A stretch of 64,000 nt of DNA from Octopus vulgaris. Its lineage: Eukaryota. Location: positions 100,812,001 to 100,876,000 of the forward strand of contig OX597818.1 in NCBI GenBank assembly GCA_951406725.2, in the 5' to 3' direction. Position 1 is the stretch's first letter. Each line of letters begins with the position of its first letter. Positions 13,982 to 28,219 of the stretch are shown here, piece after piece. Made by a program: the position numbers and the translations under genes. Under the pieces are notes generated by a model, which was given only the letters and a program-made list of their open reading frames with translations, was not told the origin of the DNA and searched no databases.

Positions 13982-15261
13982 TTATGTATATATATACGCA
14001 TACTGATACAAGTATAACGTTACAAAATAATACAGTATCAAACATTTTAGAAAAGTTATTAGAAATTGATTTTATTTTTACTATGTTTACTATAAATATT
14101 TGGAAAGCTTTTGAAAACATATTTTTGTGTAAATAGCTGTTACTAAGTTTTATATAGCAGCAAATTAGTAAGGAAAATGGCATCACTTTGATGTTTTTGC
14201 GTGATATTTAATTTATATATAAAATTAAGTTACATTTGAAATATTGTCCAATATTCTGTGTGTATTCCACGTAATATTGATTATAAAATATGATTGTTGC
14301 AAATGAAACGTTTCTTCTTGTTAAATTTTTCGATAAAATATTTATTTATATTCCTTTATATGAATATTGAATTCTTTCTCTCTGTACATTCGTGTGAATC
14401 TGTATTCCAGTTAATCGCAGAACTCTGTGGCTTTCAGCGCTTAACTGGCATAATAACAATTTATGGGTAAAACAATAATGCACAATCGAAATATCTGCTC
14501 TTTCTACAGATTTAGCTTGGAAAACTCGATTTCTTCCAGATATTATAAATTTTCCTCTGCTTCGGAAGTATGGTTAGAACAATGTTTTCTGGGGGAAAAA
14601 ATCATGTATTCTTTATTTTAACATTTAAAATAATTATATTTATAACAGCAAACTGTTTGAAAAATATTTCAATAGCTAACATAACATCATTGGATCTCAG
14701 CTGTAATATTTATAACCTAAGATGCTCATAAACAACACTCAATCAGAATTAAAAATTAAAGAATCAGTGGCATTTTGACTACTCAGTACATTTCTTCACA
14801 GAATCAATCTTGAACAACAGCCGAATTTGATCGACCAGTTCCACAAAATTTGTAATTAGACATCTAGGATTTATACCAGACAAGCACAGAAAATTAGGTT
14901 AAATACACTACTTGGTTAATAATCAATTTCAAGCTAAGATTATGATATCTCTTTTAAGAAACACTGCTGCGATTTTGCTATATACAGATCTTCAACATCT
15001 CCCGAATTTGTTATAAGTAACATAAAAGTCGTGTTGACAATATTTGGGAGTTAGTTGGGGTTATAAATAATTTTTGTATATTTTTATAAGATCAATGCAC
15101 TGACTTTATCACGGACATTCTTGACACTGCGTATCCGGAAAATTAGTCCATTGAAAGGGAAACGTTTGACAAGGCAGTCAGTTGCCCGCTGACACTCGTT
15201 GACGCTGCAGCGAAGAGGCCAGTGAATAGAAGAAAGAAGAAGAAAGAAGACGTACCCAACA

Positions 15262-15415
15262 CCAGAGCTCAAGACACCTCCGAAAGGGGGCCCCGCTACG
15301 TGAAAACGGTAGAGGAGTAGGGGCCGAAACCGGACGTGGTTCCTCCTGATGATGTCTTGAGCTAACTGGATCCTATAAAGGAGCTGTTGTGGTAGCAGAC
15401 CACGAAACACAGTTG
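15262..15415 (+). other. GC-rich structured island with hammerhead-like core motifs
   Basis: Outer stem AGCTCAAGACA/TGTCTTGAGCT; internal CCTCC-GAAA-GGGGG hairpin; GAAA-CCGG...CCTC-CTGATGA. Confidence 0.45.
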
Positions 15416-16265
15416 AAATTCTTCTAAATGTTCATATTAATTTTCATGCATAATGTATTTTATTCGCCGATTAAAAATAACGCTGAAGTGGGTGCGTCCT
15501 GCAGTCTTTAGCAATTCAGCATGTAGCTGTTAATTCTTGTACAATATAATGTATAAGTTATTTTATTTAAATTGCAAATTTTTAACCGGAATATGTTAAA
15601 AAAAAAAGGGAATAACCAACATCAACACCGTCAAGAATTTGTGTGATACCTCCAGACGTATGGTATATATTTGTATAATAAGAGATTATGCTATAAAGAC
15701 GCTAATTGTAAATATATTGAGGGTGCACATGGTGTGATTTCTAGAGGATAGCATGAAAGAATGATAATGCAGTAATTTTTGACGTTGTGATTTGTTGTCG
15801 TATAGTGAAGATTCTAGAACCCCGTGCTAATGGAACAGATTAAGTAATTCTATACGGAATTTGAACTTGACAATCAACGAGATTATAGAGAAATGTAACA
15901 TCGAAAGAATAACATATTTTGATGGATTCTTCATAGGTTCAGTCAGTTGCAGAGAAAACTGTGTTCAAAGGAATCGTTGGGAAAAAATTTCCTGCTAGGG
16001 AGGTGCATATAGGATAAAAATACAATCTATACATACTAAGACGGGGCTCCATATATATTTACAAATCACAGCATGTAATTTTAAAAGCAGCTAACCTTTT
16101 TAACCAGGTATCTAGGGTTCAATTATAGAGTGTTAACTCTTAAATACTTTTAAGAAAAATTCATTCTTATTAATTTCGAGCTAGAAAGGCGCTTCACTCA
16201 TAAATCGATGTCCTCTGATAATGAGATATATCATCGACAAAAAACTCAAGCAAATTCACACACAC

Positions 16266-16297
<32 letters not shown>

Positions 16298-16308
16298 ATA
16301 TATAAATA

Positions 16309-16378
<70 letters not shown>

Positions 16379-17499
16379 TATATATATGCACCTTCAAGCA
16401 TATTATGAAATTTTTACTTTCTTACGATATTCAACTCATGGGAGGTTTCCTTATAAACATTTTGGAGAAAAAATTGCAGAGTTAAAGAAACCAATATACA
16501 ATATTACATCACAGATTTATAATCTATAATCAAAAATGCATTTAGTCTTTGAACATAGAAGCAACATTGATTCTTCATCTATCACTGTATTTAACGAACA
16601 TGAGTTTAATGATAGAGGAGAAGATACCCAATATAGCACTGGTTTGAAATCCCTCAAAAATCAATACACAACACCAATAATCTAATAAGCTCTGAGTTAA
16701 ATATCGCTAGTATAGATTTCCTCAGGGATTTGCAATATGGATGAGAGAATTCTATATTATGCTTAAAATATAAACCATATGATTTATGTTGCATACTCCA
16801 TTAATAAAACATCGCTTGGAACCATATTGAAAGAAGCAGTTAAATTTTATTACAGATCACATTGGTTAATAAAAACTAACAAGTACAGAAAATCTTATAG
16901 CGCATATGTGTGTGTTTCATTTCATATATGTTCGAGTATATGTGTGTTGTTGTGTGTGCATATAGGTATGAAATTGTATGTTATTTCAAATTGAAATGAT
17001 GCAATTTTAGTCGAAAGAAATATATGAGGCTCTGTCTACATATATTTGATATTATAAATATTTGTGTTTTACTTAACGCATTTTTTTACTCCTGTATACT
17101 TTTGAAAATCCTAAATTGGAATTGTGTGCGTGTATAAAGGAAATTAAAAATGAATAAATCAAAAACTAAATAATTATTATTTACAAGAAAAAAAAAATTA
17201 CGAGAACCAGTTACTTTAAGTTTATTTACAGGAAAAATCAGGTAAGCCGACAAGATAAAGATAAAAATTGCATTTTAAACTTAAATATTTGAATATAAAA
17301 CAAGGTAAGTGGTGATCCATAGCAATATTGATATGCCCAAATGAGCGATTTCCAAATATAGTAATTTCTATTAAACTCTGTATTTATAAATAGCATTATA
17401 AATCTGAATTTTATTTTGGAGGCATAAAAGAGTTTGAAAATACAGAAGTAATATTTACGTTAGTTAACACATACAAATTTCAATACATGAGCAACTGCC

Positions 17500-17535
17500 A
17501 TACATGTATACATACGTATATGCGTACAAATATAT

Positions 17536-17627
<92 letters not shown>

Positions 17628-17675
17628 GTATATATATATATGTATGTATGTATATATATATATGTATATGTATGG

Positions 17676-17713
<38 letters not shown>

Positions 17714-17759
17714 ATATATATTATATGTATGGATATTATATATATGTATATATATATTA

Positions 17760-17798
<39 letters not shown>

Positions 17799-18389
17799 AA
17801 GTGTTTGTGTGTGTGTTGACTCCATAAAATATATATAAAATATTCAGATATGTTAATAAATTGCAGTGTTTCTCCTGCCGCAATAACTTTTATGAATGTG
17901 ATTTCATATTTGGATTAATTGCACTTTATATATTTTCTATGCAAATTAATTTTTAATTTTCTTATTGATATCGTCACTCTCAATAAACGTATACGTACAC
18001 ACAATGTGTGACACATATAGTTCGTATACATAAAATACAGAAAACATACAAGTACCATATACGTACACATTTTCTAAACACACACTTACACACACATGCA
18101 AACGCACACTTACGCATACACACATATATAAATATGCGCATGCGTGTTTATCCTTGAAGATATGTATATGGACGTATGCATATTAACACACATGCGTATA
18201 ATTGTTTCTGTATATGAATACACACACGCACACATATATGTATGTATGTGTACACGTACACACACACAAACACACACACATATATATAGTTGTATATTTA
18301 TTTTTATTCACAAGTATAAACAAAAACACATAGATATATATATTTTATATATGCATACATATATACACCCACATATATACATACATGCA

Positions 18390-18457
<68 letters not shown>

Positions 18458-18602
18458 TATATATATATGTACATGTATATGTACATATATGAATACGTAT
18501 ATATATATATATGCATGTATATACATACATATACATATACACATGCATATATATGTATGTATATATATATATATATACACACATATATACACATGCACAT
18601 AC

Positions 18603-18674
<72 letters not shown>

Positions 18675-18700
18675 CACACAAACAGACACACACATATATA
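17500..18700. repeat. Compound (TA)n/(TATG)n/(CA)n microsatellite blocks
   Basis: Seen directly; source of the spurious YI-rich ORFs. Confidence 0.95.
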
Positions 18701-19129
18701 TAGTAAATGTTTTGTATCTTTATTGGAAGTGATATTCGTTCACGTGTTTTCAGAATTTTTTTTCCAAATTCTTATTGTTTCATAATAGTATTTAATGCTT
18801 TAGATTGAATAAATTCCCTGACGTTCAATAAATTTGAATATTTATGTTTACTCAGGTCGCTTCTCATTTAAATATGTCAATATTTAAACTGATATATGTT
18901 TTCTGTACCTTGCCGTTTATACATTTGCAATATTTTTCTTTCATTAAACATTGTCGAAGTCATTTGTGAATTCGCAGCATTATCATCATCGTCGCATTTA
19001 GAATTATCATCATCATCATCATCATCAGCTGCAATGAGTAAATTTTTCATAAAAGAGAATTTTTTATTATCATGAAGTAACCTAAGACATCATTATTATT
19101 GAGTTTTTATTGCTGCAATCTCCAACCTC

Positions 19130-19460
19130 TTACTTCTTCTTTTTCTCTTCTCCTTCTTCTTCAACTCCTTCTTCTCCTTCTTCTTCTTCTTCTTCTTCTT
19201 CTTCTTCTTCTTCAACTCCTTCTTCTTCTTCTTCTTCTCCTCCTCCTCCTCCTCCTTCTTCTTCTTCTTCTATCTTCTTCTTCATCGTCGTCGTCAGTAC
19301 CCTTCTCCTTCTGCTACATTTCCCTTTCTACTTCTGCTTTTTCTTGACGTTAGCAACATCATCATCATTGTCATCCTCATCACCACGACTACGACAACGA
19401 CGACGACGACCACCACCACCACTATTATCTTCCTCCTCATCATCAACATCGTCATCATTA
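19130..19460. repeat. (CTT)n/(CCT)n/(CAT)n/(CGA)n trinucleotide tract
   Basis: Seen directly. Confidence 0.95.
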
Positions 19461-19625
19461 TTGCTGAGTGTACACCAGGCACGTGTATGGCAACTATATG
19501 TCCGCAACATGATGGCCTTTCCCATATAAAGATAAACAGCGCATGAGATCGCAAGTATAGTATCAGAATTTTCATCAGGTCGAGTAGCCCACCCCGCTCC
19601 AAAAAAACCCTGAAAGCTTATGTCG
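19460..19625 (-). mobile_element. Fragment of the interspersed repeat at 49810-50370
   Basis: GATAAACAGCGCATGA...AGAATTTTC.TCAGGTCGAGTAGCCCA is shared with 49960-50030. Confidence 0.75.
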
Positions 19626-19639
19626 AACACCTGCCGTCT

Positions 19640-20170
19640 CGTGTGGGACATATCCAGCTATCAGCTTAATCTTTTGTGAAAATTGCCCCGTCGCTCTCTC
19701 TTGGCTGGGAGGGGAGGCAATTTTTATTTTCAAACGGCGATAGTGAAAGAGGTAGTATGGTGGACTCATTTGAAAGGGCTAAAGACAGAGACTTTCCTCT
19801 TTGGCCAAGACCCCATCTTTTACAAGTTTCTCTTGAAAAGGAAGTGGCGAGGGAAGTTTTGCCTTGTAGTTTGTTGAAAAGTGGATGAATTCTGGAAGAA
19901 TGGTCACAGTGAAAGAACCAATTATAAGCGTGCACCTCTAAAAAAAGAAGGGCTCTTGTCCTATTGTTCAGGCACCCATGGCTTTTGTGGGTTTTTCCAC
20001 GAGGACCCTCACGTGCCTCCTCTATTGGGAGTTTTAATTTGTTTAATTTTTTTTCTTATTATATTGTGTACACACGGTAAAACCCATTGTAGCGTCCTGT
20101 TTTTGTATTTAATTTTGTTGTATGTCTCTTAATGTTATTTTATGTGAGGTCCTGTGGCCAATAAAACAAT
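19640..20170 (+). pseudogene. L1/Tx1-like LINE 3' end
   Basis: VKEVVWWTHLKGLKTETFL...FYKFLLKRK resembles an ORF2 C-terminus; T-rich UTR ending AATAAAA. Confidence 0.55.
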
Positions 20171-20599
20171 GAATTATTATTACTATTACTATTATTATTA
20201 TTATTATTATTATTAGATTTACTAGAAATTAAAAGTAAGTTTCAAGGAGGTGGGAATAGATGTTTGTGGCGACCTGTGCGTACATATGTACACGTATGTA
20301 CATATGCACATATGTAATTTTTATGTTTATATATCGACTTCTTGAAATTTTACGGCTTATCATTTACTACATATGAAGTATATGTAGATGTTAATATCCA
20401 AAGCATTACAATGGTGGATCTGTAAAGAAATCCGACTAAAGATTGATAATAAATACAGCGTATATAATTAAGCATTCTGTATTCTCCATTAAATCTCACG
20501 TAGTATATGTAAAAATAAACTAATATATCAGCTTGATTTAACTTCTATAGATTTATCTAAATCCCACTTCAGAAAGATGTTGCTTTTGTCACATTTTGA

Positions 20600-20860
20600 A
20601 AACAGTACTCTGCTTTTCCTTTTTTTGAATTATGATATGCGTTTGGTAGAATGTTTCTTGTCACAAATATTTGGGACCTCGAAGATGGTAATATTAAATT
20701 TGATTTAAGTTGGGACTTCATTAGATACGGCTGCAGACTTTGCTGCCTGAAGCTATTTGAAATTTTATGGAGATCTAATAAGGAAATTCTGCTAAATAAT
20801 AAACTAGACCTTCGCCTTTTCTGTATATATAAGGCTACCTGGACGTTCAAGTACTTTAAG
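20600..20860 (+). pseudogene. PLE endonuclease C-terminal fragment
   Basis: IWDLEDGNIKFDLSWDFI...GCRLCCLKLFEIL...ILLNNK..C, the same CxLC...LLN motif as 58440-58570 (-). Confidence 0.7.
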
Positions 20861-20995
20861 TAAAGTAAACAACCTCTGTAATAGACCCAGTCTAAGTCCA
20901 ATCAAATGTACTCCCCATTTATCTCACAAATTAGCCTCTCGATCTTCCTAATCGTTTCTCGGCCCTCTTAGTCTCATTTTCCCGTTACCAATACC

Positions 20996-21231
20996 TATTT
21001 CTTTACTACCTACAAGGGGCTAAACACAGAGAGGAGGACAGACATGGACGTACAAATGGATTAAGTCGATTAAATCGACCCCAGTTTGTAACTGGTACTT
21101 ATTTAATCGACTACGAAAGGATGAAAGGCAAAGTTAACCTCGGCGGAATTTGAACTCAGAACGTAACGGCAGACGAAATACGGCTACGCATTTTGCCCGG
21201 CGTGCTAACGTTCCTGCCAGCTCGCCGCCTA
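20996..21231 (-). mobile_element. SINE family D
   Basis: Minus head GGCGGCGAGCTGGCAGGAACGTTAGCACG...GAGTTCAAATTCC; 16-bp TSD TCCCGTTACCAATACC. Confidence 0.9.
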
Positions 21232-22577
21232 TCCCGTTACCAATACCATTAATGCTACTAATATACTTACGTGTGTGCCATATTAAAGGAACGAAGCATT
21301 CTATATGTGATATACCCGGCATTACACAACAATGATGACAGTGATACTCAACTGCCAGCAACAGCGTGGACACCCTAGACAGTTCGTTTCAGTTTCAAAT
21401 ACATGTGTACCTCTTTCACCAACAAACAGGTTTTAAGCAGCGGTCGGTATATGGTGGACAGAACACACTATTCTAAATTCTAATCCGCGATTATTGATAT
21501 TAGTTGCTTCTCTTGATTCATAAGAAATAATTATGTCAACAAATTTTGATATTTCAAAGTTCATCAGGCCTAGTATTGATAGTAATGTTTGTTTATCTCC
21601 TCTAACTCTCTCTATGCTACTACTTACGTATTTATTGAGGAATGGCATTAAACGTGCACAGGTATTGACTGATTTATGATAAAGCCAAAACAAATCAGCC
21701 CAGAGTTGCCTCTCGCATTAACCGTAAGATGCAAGAAATGCATGAGCTGCTAAGTGTGTCCTTACATATATTTACGATAAGAGATTTTTTTCTTCCCTTG
21801 ATTTCGATAATTTTAAATCCAGGCAACTCAGTTGAGGAAAAACTGTATTCCAACAAGGTTATGTGCTACGAGTTGGGAGTCTTCATAGGGTGTATTCCGA
21901 GAGATGAATTCTGAATTTTATGCTAGTCTCCTGACAAAGGTGTTGTTATTCACAATGTGCAAATGATGTAGCACTCACAGTTGGTTGGTGAGAATACTCT
22001 TTGGATGTTTTAAGACGGTCCCAAGGGTTCCCTCAAATGTTGCAATGTAATGTTCGCTAAAGGAAAACCACAGTTAGCAATACTGTTCTTCATAGTATTG
22101 CTAGGACAGAATCTGAAAAAAGAGAAATAACGATAACTACATCTGTGCATAAAAAGGTTCTGAGGGGGCCGAAGATCGCCTTGCTGGTCATAAAGACTTT
22201 ATGCTTGATATATGAACTCTAACGGTAATTTCACAGCATTATAACGATGAACCGTATATATTGATGAACTTTTCTGTTTGGATCAATCTGATTTATTTCA
22301 AAGTTTGTAAAACACCAATTAAGATGTATTAGTGAATACGTGTCTGTAGTTAATTTTAGATAATTTTTCAGTATGATATTTTATGTCCATCTCTAGGATG
22401 GTTATTTAGTAGGGAGGAAAAGGATTACAATAAACTCATGGATTAAATCGTAAGGCAATGACGAATTAAATTAGCAAAAAATTGAAGTGAGAGGGGAGTA
22501 AAGTAATACTAATAAGACTTTGGTAGATAGCTGAAAAGCATAATTATTATTCAGTGACGTAACCTTAGGCGCATATA

Positions 22578-22579
<2 letters not shown>

Positions 22580-22653
<74 letters not shown>

Positions 22654-22673
22654 TAGATAGATAGATAGATAGG

Positions 22674-22740
<67 letters not shown>
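22580..22740. repeat. (TA)n-(GA)n-(GATA)n compound microsatellite
   Basis: Seen directly. Confidence 0.95.
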
Positions 22741-22741
<1 letters not shown>

Positions 22742-23063
22742 CATAAAAGGCCGTTGTCCGTGCAACATCGATATTCCTCCCTGTGTTTGTGAAATCTTGT
22801 ATCCCTGCGTAAGGCTTCATTTCCATACATGCCAGCTTAATTTAATTCGTCCTTAGTCGAAAGACATCTGTTGTTATGTCTTGTTAGTATTTTTGTTGTA
22901 TTTGTGTAACATTGTCCGTTTTATTCCGTCCTTGATTTTGTATATATTCGCTTCTCTCTTCCAAAGATTCTAATGCTCTTAACCTAGGTGTTCCTTGGGG
23001 ATGGCTAGATTGCAGCAATCTCAAGTATAATCAGCCGAAATTGCGAAGATAATCTCGTACTTA

Positions 23064-23420
23064 TCTCTATATATAAAACTGAAATGCGTTTTTACCGCTT
23101 GGATCGCTTTCAATGCCACTACGTCTCGTCCGATTTGCTCCAAAATTTACAGGGACATGTAGAATGAGGTGACGATGCTCGTGGGCTACCTTAGAAATCC
23201 ATATCTTAAAAGGTGTGGTTGCTAGGGTCCATCTTCCTCACTCACGCTATTTCCTCCTGCCCCTCTCTTACTCCCCTTCATTTACAATGTTGACAATGTC
23301 CACTCCCGTTATTTAATGTATTCCCCTCAACTCCCTTTCACTTTGCCTTTATAAGGTCGTCAGACGGCTTTCTTTGATGTATCTGTCGGCATTCATAGGG
23401 AGAATTATCATCGCTATACA
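23064..23420 (+). mobile_element. Possible non-autonomous Helitron 5' part
   Basis: Starts TCTCTATATATAAAACTGA, then CCGATTTGCTCCAAAATTT, similar in layout to the element ending at ~40925 (-). Confidence 0.35.
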
Positions 23421-23442
23421 AATATTATTCATTGCGTTCATT

Positions 23443-23475
<33 letters not shown>

Positions 23476-23778
23476 TTGTGTGTGTTCGATATATAATTAT
23501 GTATATATAATCTATATATACAAAGTGTATATATCTGTATTTATGTATATTAAACTTTTTAATACTTTTTGATAGTTATATATATTTTTAAACAAATTAT
23601 AAATATAATTTAATAATTTTTATTTTAAATATAAATAATTTAAATTTTTCAATTTTATATATTTTCTATATTATATTTTTCTTTTTATGTTTTTTTTTTG
23701 TTTTTTTTTGCCTATTAGTGGTTTTATCACTAATTTAATTTATACATATATATATATAATTTGTATATATAATGCGTG

Positions 23779-23860
<82 letters not shown>

Positions 23861-23863
<3 letters not shown>

Positions 23864-24490
23864 TCATCATCATCGTTTAACGTCCCTTTTCCGCGCTTAC
23901 ACGGGTTGGACGGTTTGACCGGGGTCTGGGAAGCCAGGGGCTGCACCAGGCTCCAGTCTGATCTGGCAGTGTTTCTACGGCTGGATGCCCTTCCTAACGC
24001 CAACCACTCCGCGAGTGTAGTGGGTGCTTTTTACGTGCCACCTGCACAGGTACCAGGAGGGGGGGGCTGGCATCGACCACGATCGGTTGGTGCTTTTAAC
24101 GTACCACCGGCACGGAAGCCAGCCAAGGCGGCGCTGGCATCGGTCACGTTCGGATGGTGCTTTTTATGTGCCACCGGCACAGAAGCCAGTCGAGGCGGCG
24201 CTGGCATCGGCCACGTTCGGATGGTGATTTTATGTGCCACCGGCACAGGTATCACAACTAATATTTCCATTGATATTTATTTCGATGTTCATGTTCATGT
24301 ACTTGACTGAACAGGTCTCCTCATGCACAGCGGGGTGTTCTGGAATCCAAGGTACTTTGAATGGGCAGGGGCTATGCGGAACTGGTGCAGGAAGCAGCCC
24401 GGGTCTTTGCAGTCACAGCATATCTCTAGAGATCTCGGTCCTTCGCCATTGCCTCAGTGCATTATGTGGTCGGTCGGTTCATGCACACCT
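23861..24490 (-). mobile_element. RTE-type LINE 3' end with (GAT)n tail and internal ~65-bp minisatellite
   Basis: Minus reads TEAMAKDRDL*RYAVTAKTR (RTE C-terminus). Repeated GTGCTTTT..GTGCCACCGGCAC units at 24024-24250. Second copy at 26345. Confidence 0.75.
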
Positions 24491-24495
24491 ATGAA

Positions 24496-25580
24496 CCCTT
24501 TCGTTACTATATTTCTGACCAAAAATACACCCCTTATGTGTTTCAATTAATTTCTAACATAATCATAAATTTAGTCTGGTTTCATTAAACAACTATAACT
24601 TTTTTATTTATCAATATATTAATGTGATTTTTGGAAGATAATTTAATGAAATGTTCTCAACCAATTCTATACTATAATTTTTGTCACAAAGTGACACTAA
24701 TTACAGGTAGATACAGGTAAATTCAACAAAATATAAATTTATTAAAATTTTGTTCAAACATCGCTATAGAAAATGGGTTATTAGCTAATATTCAATTGGG
24801 TATACAACAAAATTTTACGATAGATTTTCTTATTCTGGGTAACTTTCTGATACCCATAATAATATTTATGGCAAAATAGTCTTAATTTCATTTAAGGTTG
24901 TGGGAAACCACTAACTATCCTTTCTTTCGCTTTGTTTACATTTAGCGTAACGGTTCGTTTCCGCCGTAATGATTTCAAATAGGCTCATTCGAAAAAGTAA
25001 AAAGAAATAGTCAAAGGCTTTACTCTCCTGGGAAAGTCTATGGCTTGGTCCAGTTTCTTCAGAAAAATCAGCGAAAGAAAGTTTTTCAATTTTCACTCCA
25101 TTCAGGTGCCAATTCATTTTCTTTATCGCTGTCGGAACTCTCGGATTCACTGTTTTCACTTTCGGAAAATGAAACATCAGATTCATTATCAAATACCACG
25201 TGCTTTTTTTTTCAGTCATAGAGTTAGATTTATCAAGGTCTTCAGTAGAAAATCCTTCGAATTCTGACTCGCTGCTTGATATGATGAAATTCGTATCCAT
25301 TTTTTGTCAGAATTACAAATTTTGAAAACACAATAGGAACAAATTTCGGAAAAAAATCTCCCAAAATTCACGAAATTAAAATTACACTTCGATCGTTGTA
25401 CAAAAGTATATATGAACTGTTTATGAAGTATAATCACGTGTTTTCACGAATGTACTAAAGAGATTGGCTCTGATATTCTCATTTAAATATGAATAGGTAA
25501 ATACGGACGGGTTTGGGCGGTTTGGTCACATTAACCAAATTTCTTTTCGGGCGGCTTTGGCCGGTTTGGTAACGAAAGGG
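24496..25580 (-). mobile_element. Internally deleted piggyBac transposon
   Basis: TIRs CCCTTTCGTTAC / GTAACGAAAGGG; TTAA on the right and TGAA on the left. Minus ORF has an acidic N-terminus and FSEETGP...AFDYFFLLF...FEIITAETNRYA, typical of piggyBac transposase N-termini. Confidence 0.88.
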
Positions 25581-25768
25581 TTAAAAGTGCTGGCAAGTTT
25601 GCATGACAACTATTTTTTTCCTCAGATGAAAGGCGTCACCTCTAGGATAAAATTCCTCATCTTATAAAATGTGGCCCCAGTAGACCCGAATGAAATCAGG
25701 TTATATTAACCAAAAGGTGAAAAGGAGTATAAATGGGGCTGGAAGGGGATTAAAATTTAAAGGAGCGA

Positions 25769-26055
25769 GTGTTTAGGAATTCGCTGTTACATCAAGCTAA
25801 AAAATTTGCGCCAGCCTTTTAATCTTCAATGTGTTGCTGTCCATGATGAAGAGGTTTTGAATGCTTGCCATGGTGAGTCTACTGTCGTGAGAAAGTATCA
25901 CTTCAAAACTTGGTGTTTACGAATTTTCTGTTACATCAAGTTCAAAATTTTACGCCAGCCGTTAAACTGTCAATACGTTGCTGTCCGTCGTTAAGAAATG
26001 CCAGCCATGGTGACTCTACTATCCTCAGATTCTATCCCTTCAAACTTTGGTTTCC
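25769..26055. repeat. Diverged ~143-bp tandem duplication
   Basis: GTGTTTA.GAATT..CTGTTACATCAAG...GCCATGGTGA.TCTACT occurs twice. Confidence 0.8.
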
Positions 26056-26344
26056 AATATTTTATTATTTTTATTCAGCTCGCAAGTTCGTCTGTCCCTT
26101 TTAAATGTTAGCGTTTTGCTGTCTGCCTTGAAGCAGACCTTTCCGTTGCCACTGCCTGATATTTATGATTGATCTTTCTAAATATTTTATTTCTCAACTT
26201 ACTCAAGATCTTTTGTTGTTTATAAATGGGAGAAAGATAGATAAAGATAGAGAGTAAGAGAAAGCGAGGGAGAGTCCGAGAGAAAAGAAAAGTAAGAGAG
26301 TGGGAAAGTGAGAGAGAAAGGAGAGAGAAACAAAGAGGGAGAAT

Positions 26345-26590
26345 CATCATCATCATCATGATCATTAAACGTCCGTTTTCCGTGCTAGCACGGGTTGGAC
26401 AGTTTGACCAGGGTCTGGGAAGCCAGGCGGCTGCACCAGACTCCAGTCTGATCTGGCAGTGTTTCTACAGGTGGATGATCTTCCTAACGCCAACCACTCT
26501 GTAAGTGTAGTGGGTGCTTTTTTCGTGCCGCTGGCACAGGTGCCAGGGGGGCTCACAGCGGCAACGATCGGTTGGTGCTTTTTACGTGCT
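26345..26590 (-). mobile_element. RTE-type 3' tail, second copy
   Basis: Matches 23861-24100; (CAT)n on plus. Confidence 0.85.
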
Positions 26591-26656
26591 GAAAGGAAGC
26601 AACAGAAAGTAACAACCACACTCTTACCCGCGCGTAGAGCGGGTCACCTTCAGCTA

Positions 26657-26707
<51 letters not shown>

Positions 26708-27469
26708 CACCTATATTCGTCAGTAAATAATGGTGTTTGTTACGCTAAGTAAGGTTAGAGCTAACAACGATACACCGATGAACACACTCATTTTACTCGA
26801 TTTCAAGAAATAAGCGGTACATTGCTATTGTCCAGAATGTTACTCAAATTTCTCCTAATGCTAGAATGCGATATGTGTGTGCGCTCGTGTGAATCTCTAT
26901 GTGTGTGTGTGCGTTCGTGAAGGTGTGATGCGCGAATGTTTTTATGTATGTATATACATATATATATATAACGAGACGAGAGTCAAAGAAATATAATATA
27001 TAATATATTATAAATGCAGAATATATATTTTGCGATTCAGTTTAGCAATAAAATATAAAATCACTCGATTACCAAATCTATTACATATTCACTATTTATA
27101 TTATATTTATATAAGAAAAGAAAAACACAACAAATTTTGTCTCTGAAGATAGATAATGCTTTCGTGTGTCGTATAATATATTCCTTAATTTTTGTGTTTA
27201 TTTGAAAATTCATAGAAAATTGTGAAATCATAGCATTTATAATATTTTCCAGCTAAAAAAAGAGAACATAAAAATGAAAGTAAAAAAAAATGTTTGGTTT
27301 ACGTTTACGGCTGGTTCACTGATTTACGTTACAGATCCTGAGATTTCCTCCCATGTTGAGTTATTGCACATAACATATATCTCTGTTTCACTATATTCAT
27401 TTCGCAACGGAGGGAAGCAAACACATACACACACATACAGACACATATATGTATACATACATTCATAAT

Positions 27470-27760
27470 CATGAGGTAGTGAGTTCTATTCCCGGAGTGG
27501 ACTGTGTTTTGTGTTCCTGAGCAAAGCAATTTATTTCACGCTGTTTTAGTTCATTCAGCTGTTGAAATGAGTAGCGATATCACGGGTGCAAAGCTGTATC
27601 GGCTTTTGCTTTTCCTTTGGAGAACAGCAGAGTTGCGGAAAGGTGAGGCCGGCGTGCATAGGTGACTGCTGGTTTTCCATAAATAAATTTGCCCAATTTG
27701 TGCCTTGGAGGGGAGGATTCTAGTTGCAATCCATGGTCATTCATGACCGAAGGGCGTCTT
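27470..27760 (+). mobile_element. SINE family B (diverged)
   Basis: Reverse-complement match to 28775-29060, ending ...GGTCATTCATGACCGAAGGG. Confidence 0.8.
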
Positions 27761-28059
27761 ATGAGTGGGCGAATGGCCTAGAACTTAGTGTGTTACAGTC
27801 AAGATCTAGTGGCCTTGGTTTCAATTTCTAAAAACTTTATTTCACTTTACTCTGCGATCACTTCGTCACCGGAGGCTTGAGCCACTGCGTTTCATGATAT
27901 TTTGATCAATGCAGATCGTTCAGCAAAAGAAAACAGAGGATGATCAGTTAATTATGATTTTATGCAACATATCTCTCTCCCAGAATCACAGATCTATTGC
28001 ACCGGTCCTTCCGATTTTCTAAACGAAATGTTGCACCTCCAGCAAGGAATTTCGTGATA

Positions 28060-28095
<36 letters not shown>

Positions 28096-28134
28096 ATACG
28101 TACACACACACACACACACACACACAAACAAACA

Positions 28135-28219
<85 letters not shown>

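Noticed and set aside
19099-19651. Poly-S/P/L/D ORFs (also poly-K/E at 32361-32672 and poly-I/N at 47.7, 49.6 and 62 kb)
   Set aside because: Trinucleotide microsatellites.
21430-22260. Possible degenerate PLE endonuclease on the minus strand; similar hints at 1080-2330 and a LINE-like patch at 38600-38860
   Set aside because: The motifs are too eroded to support by eye.
24024-24250. Regularly spaced repeats resembling a CRISPR array
   Set aside because: The intervening sequences are also similar to each other; this is a minisatellite in a LINE 3' UTR in eukaryotic DNA.
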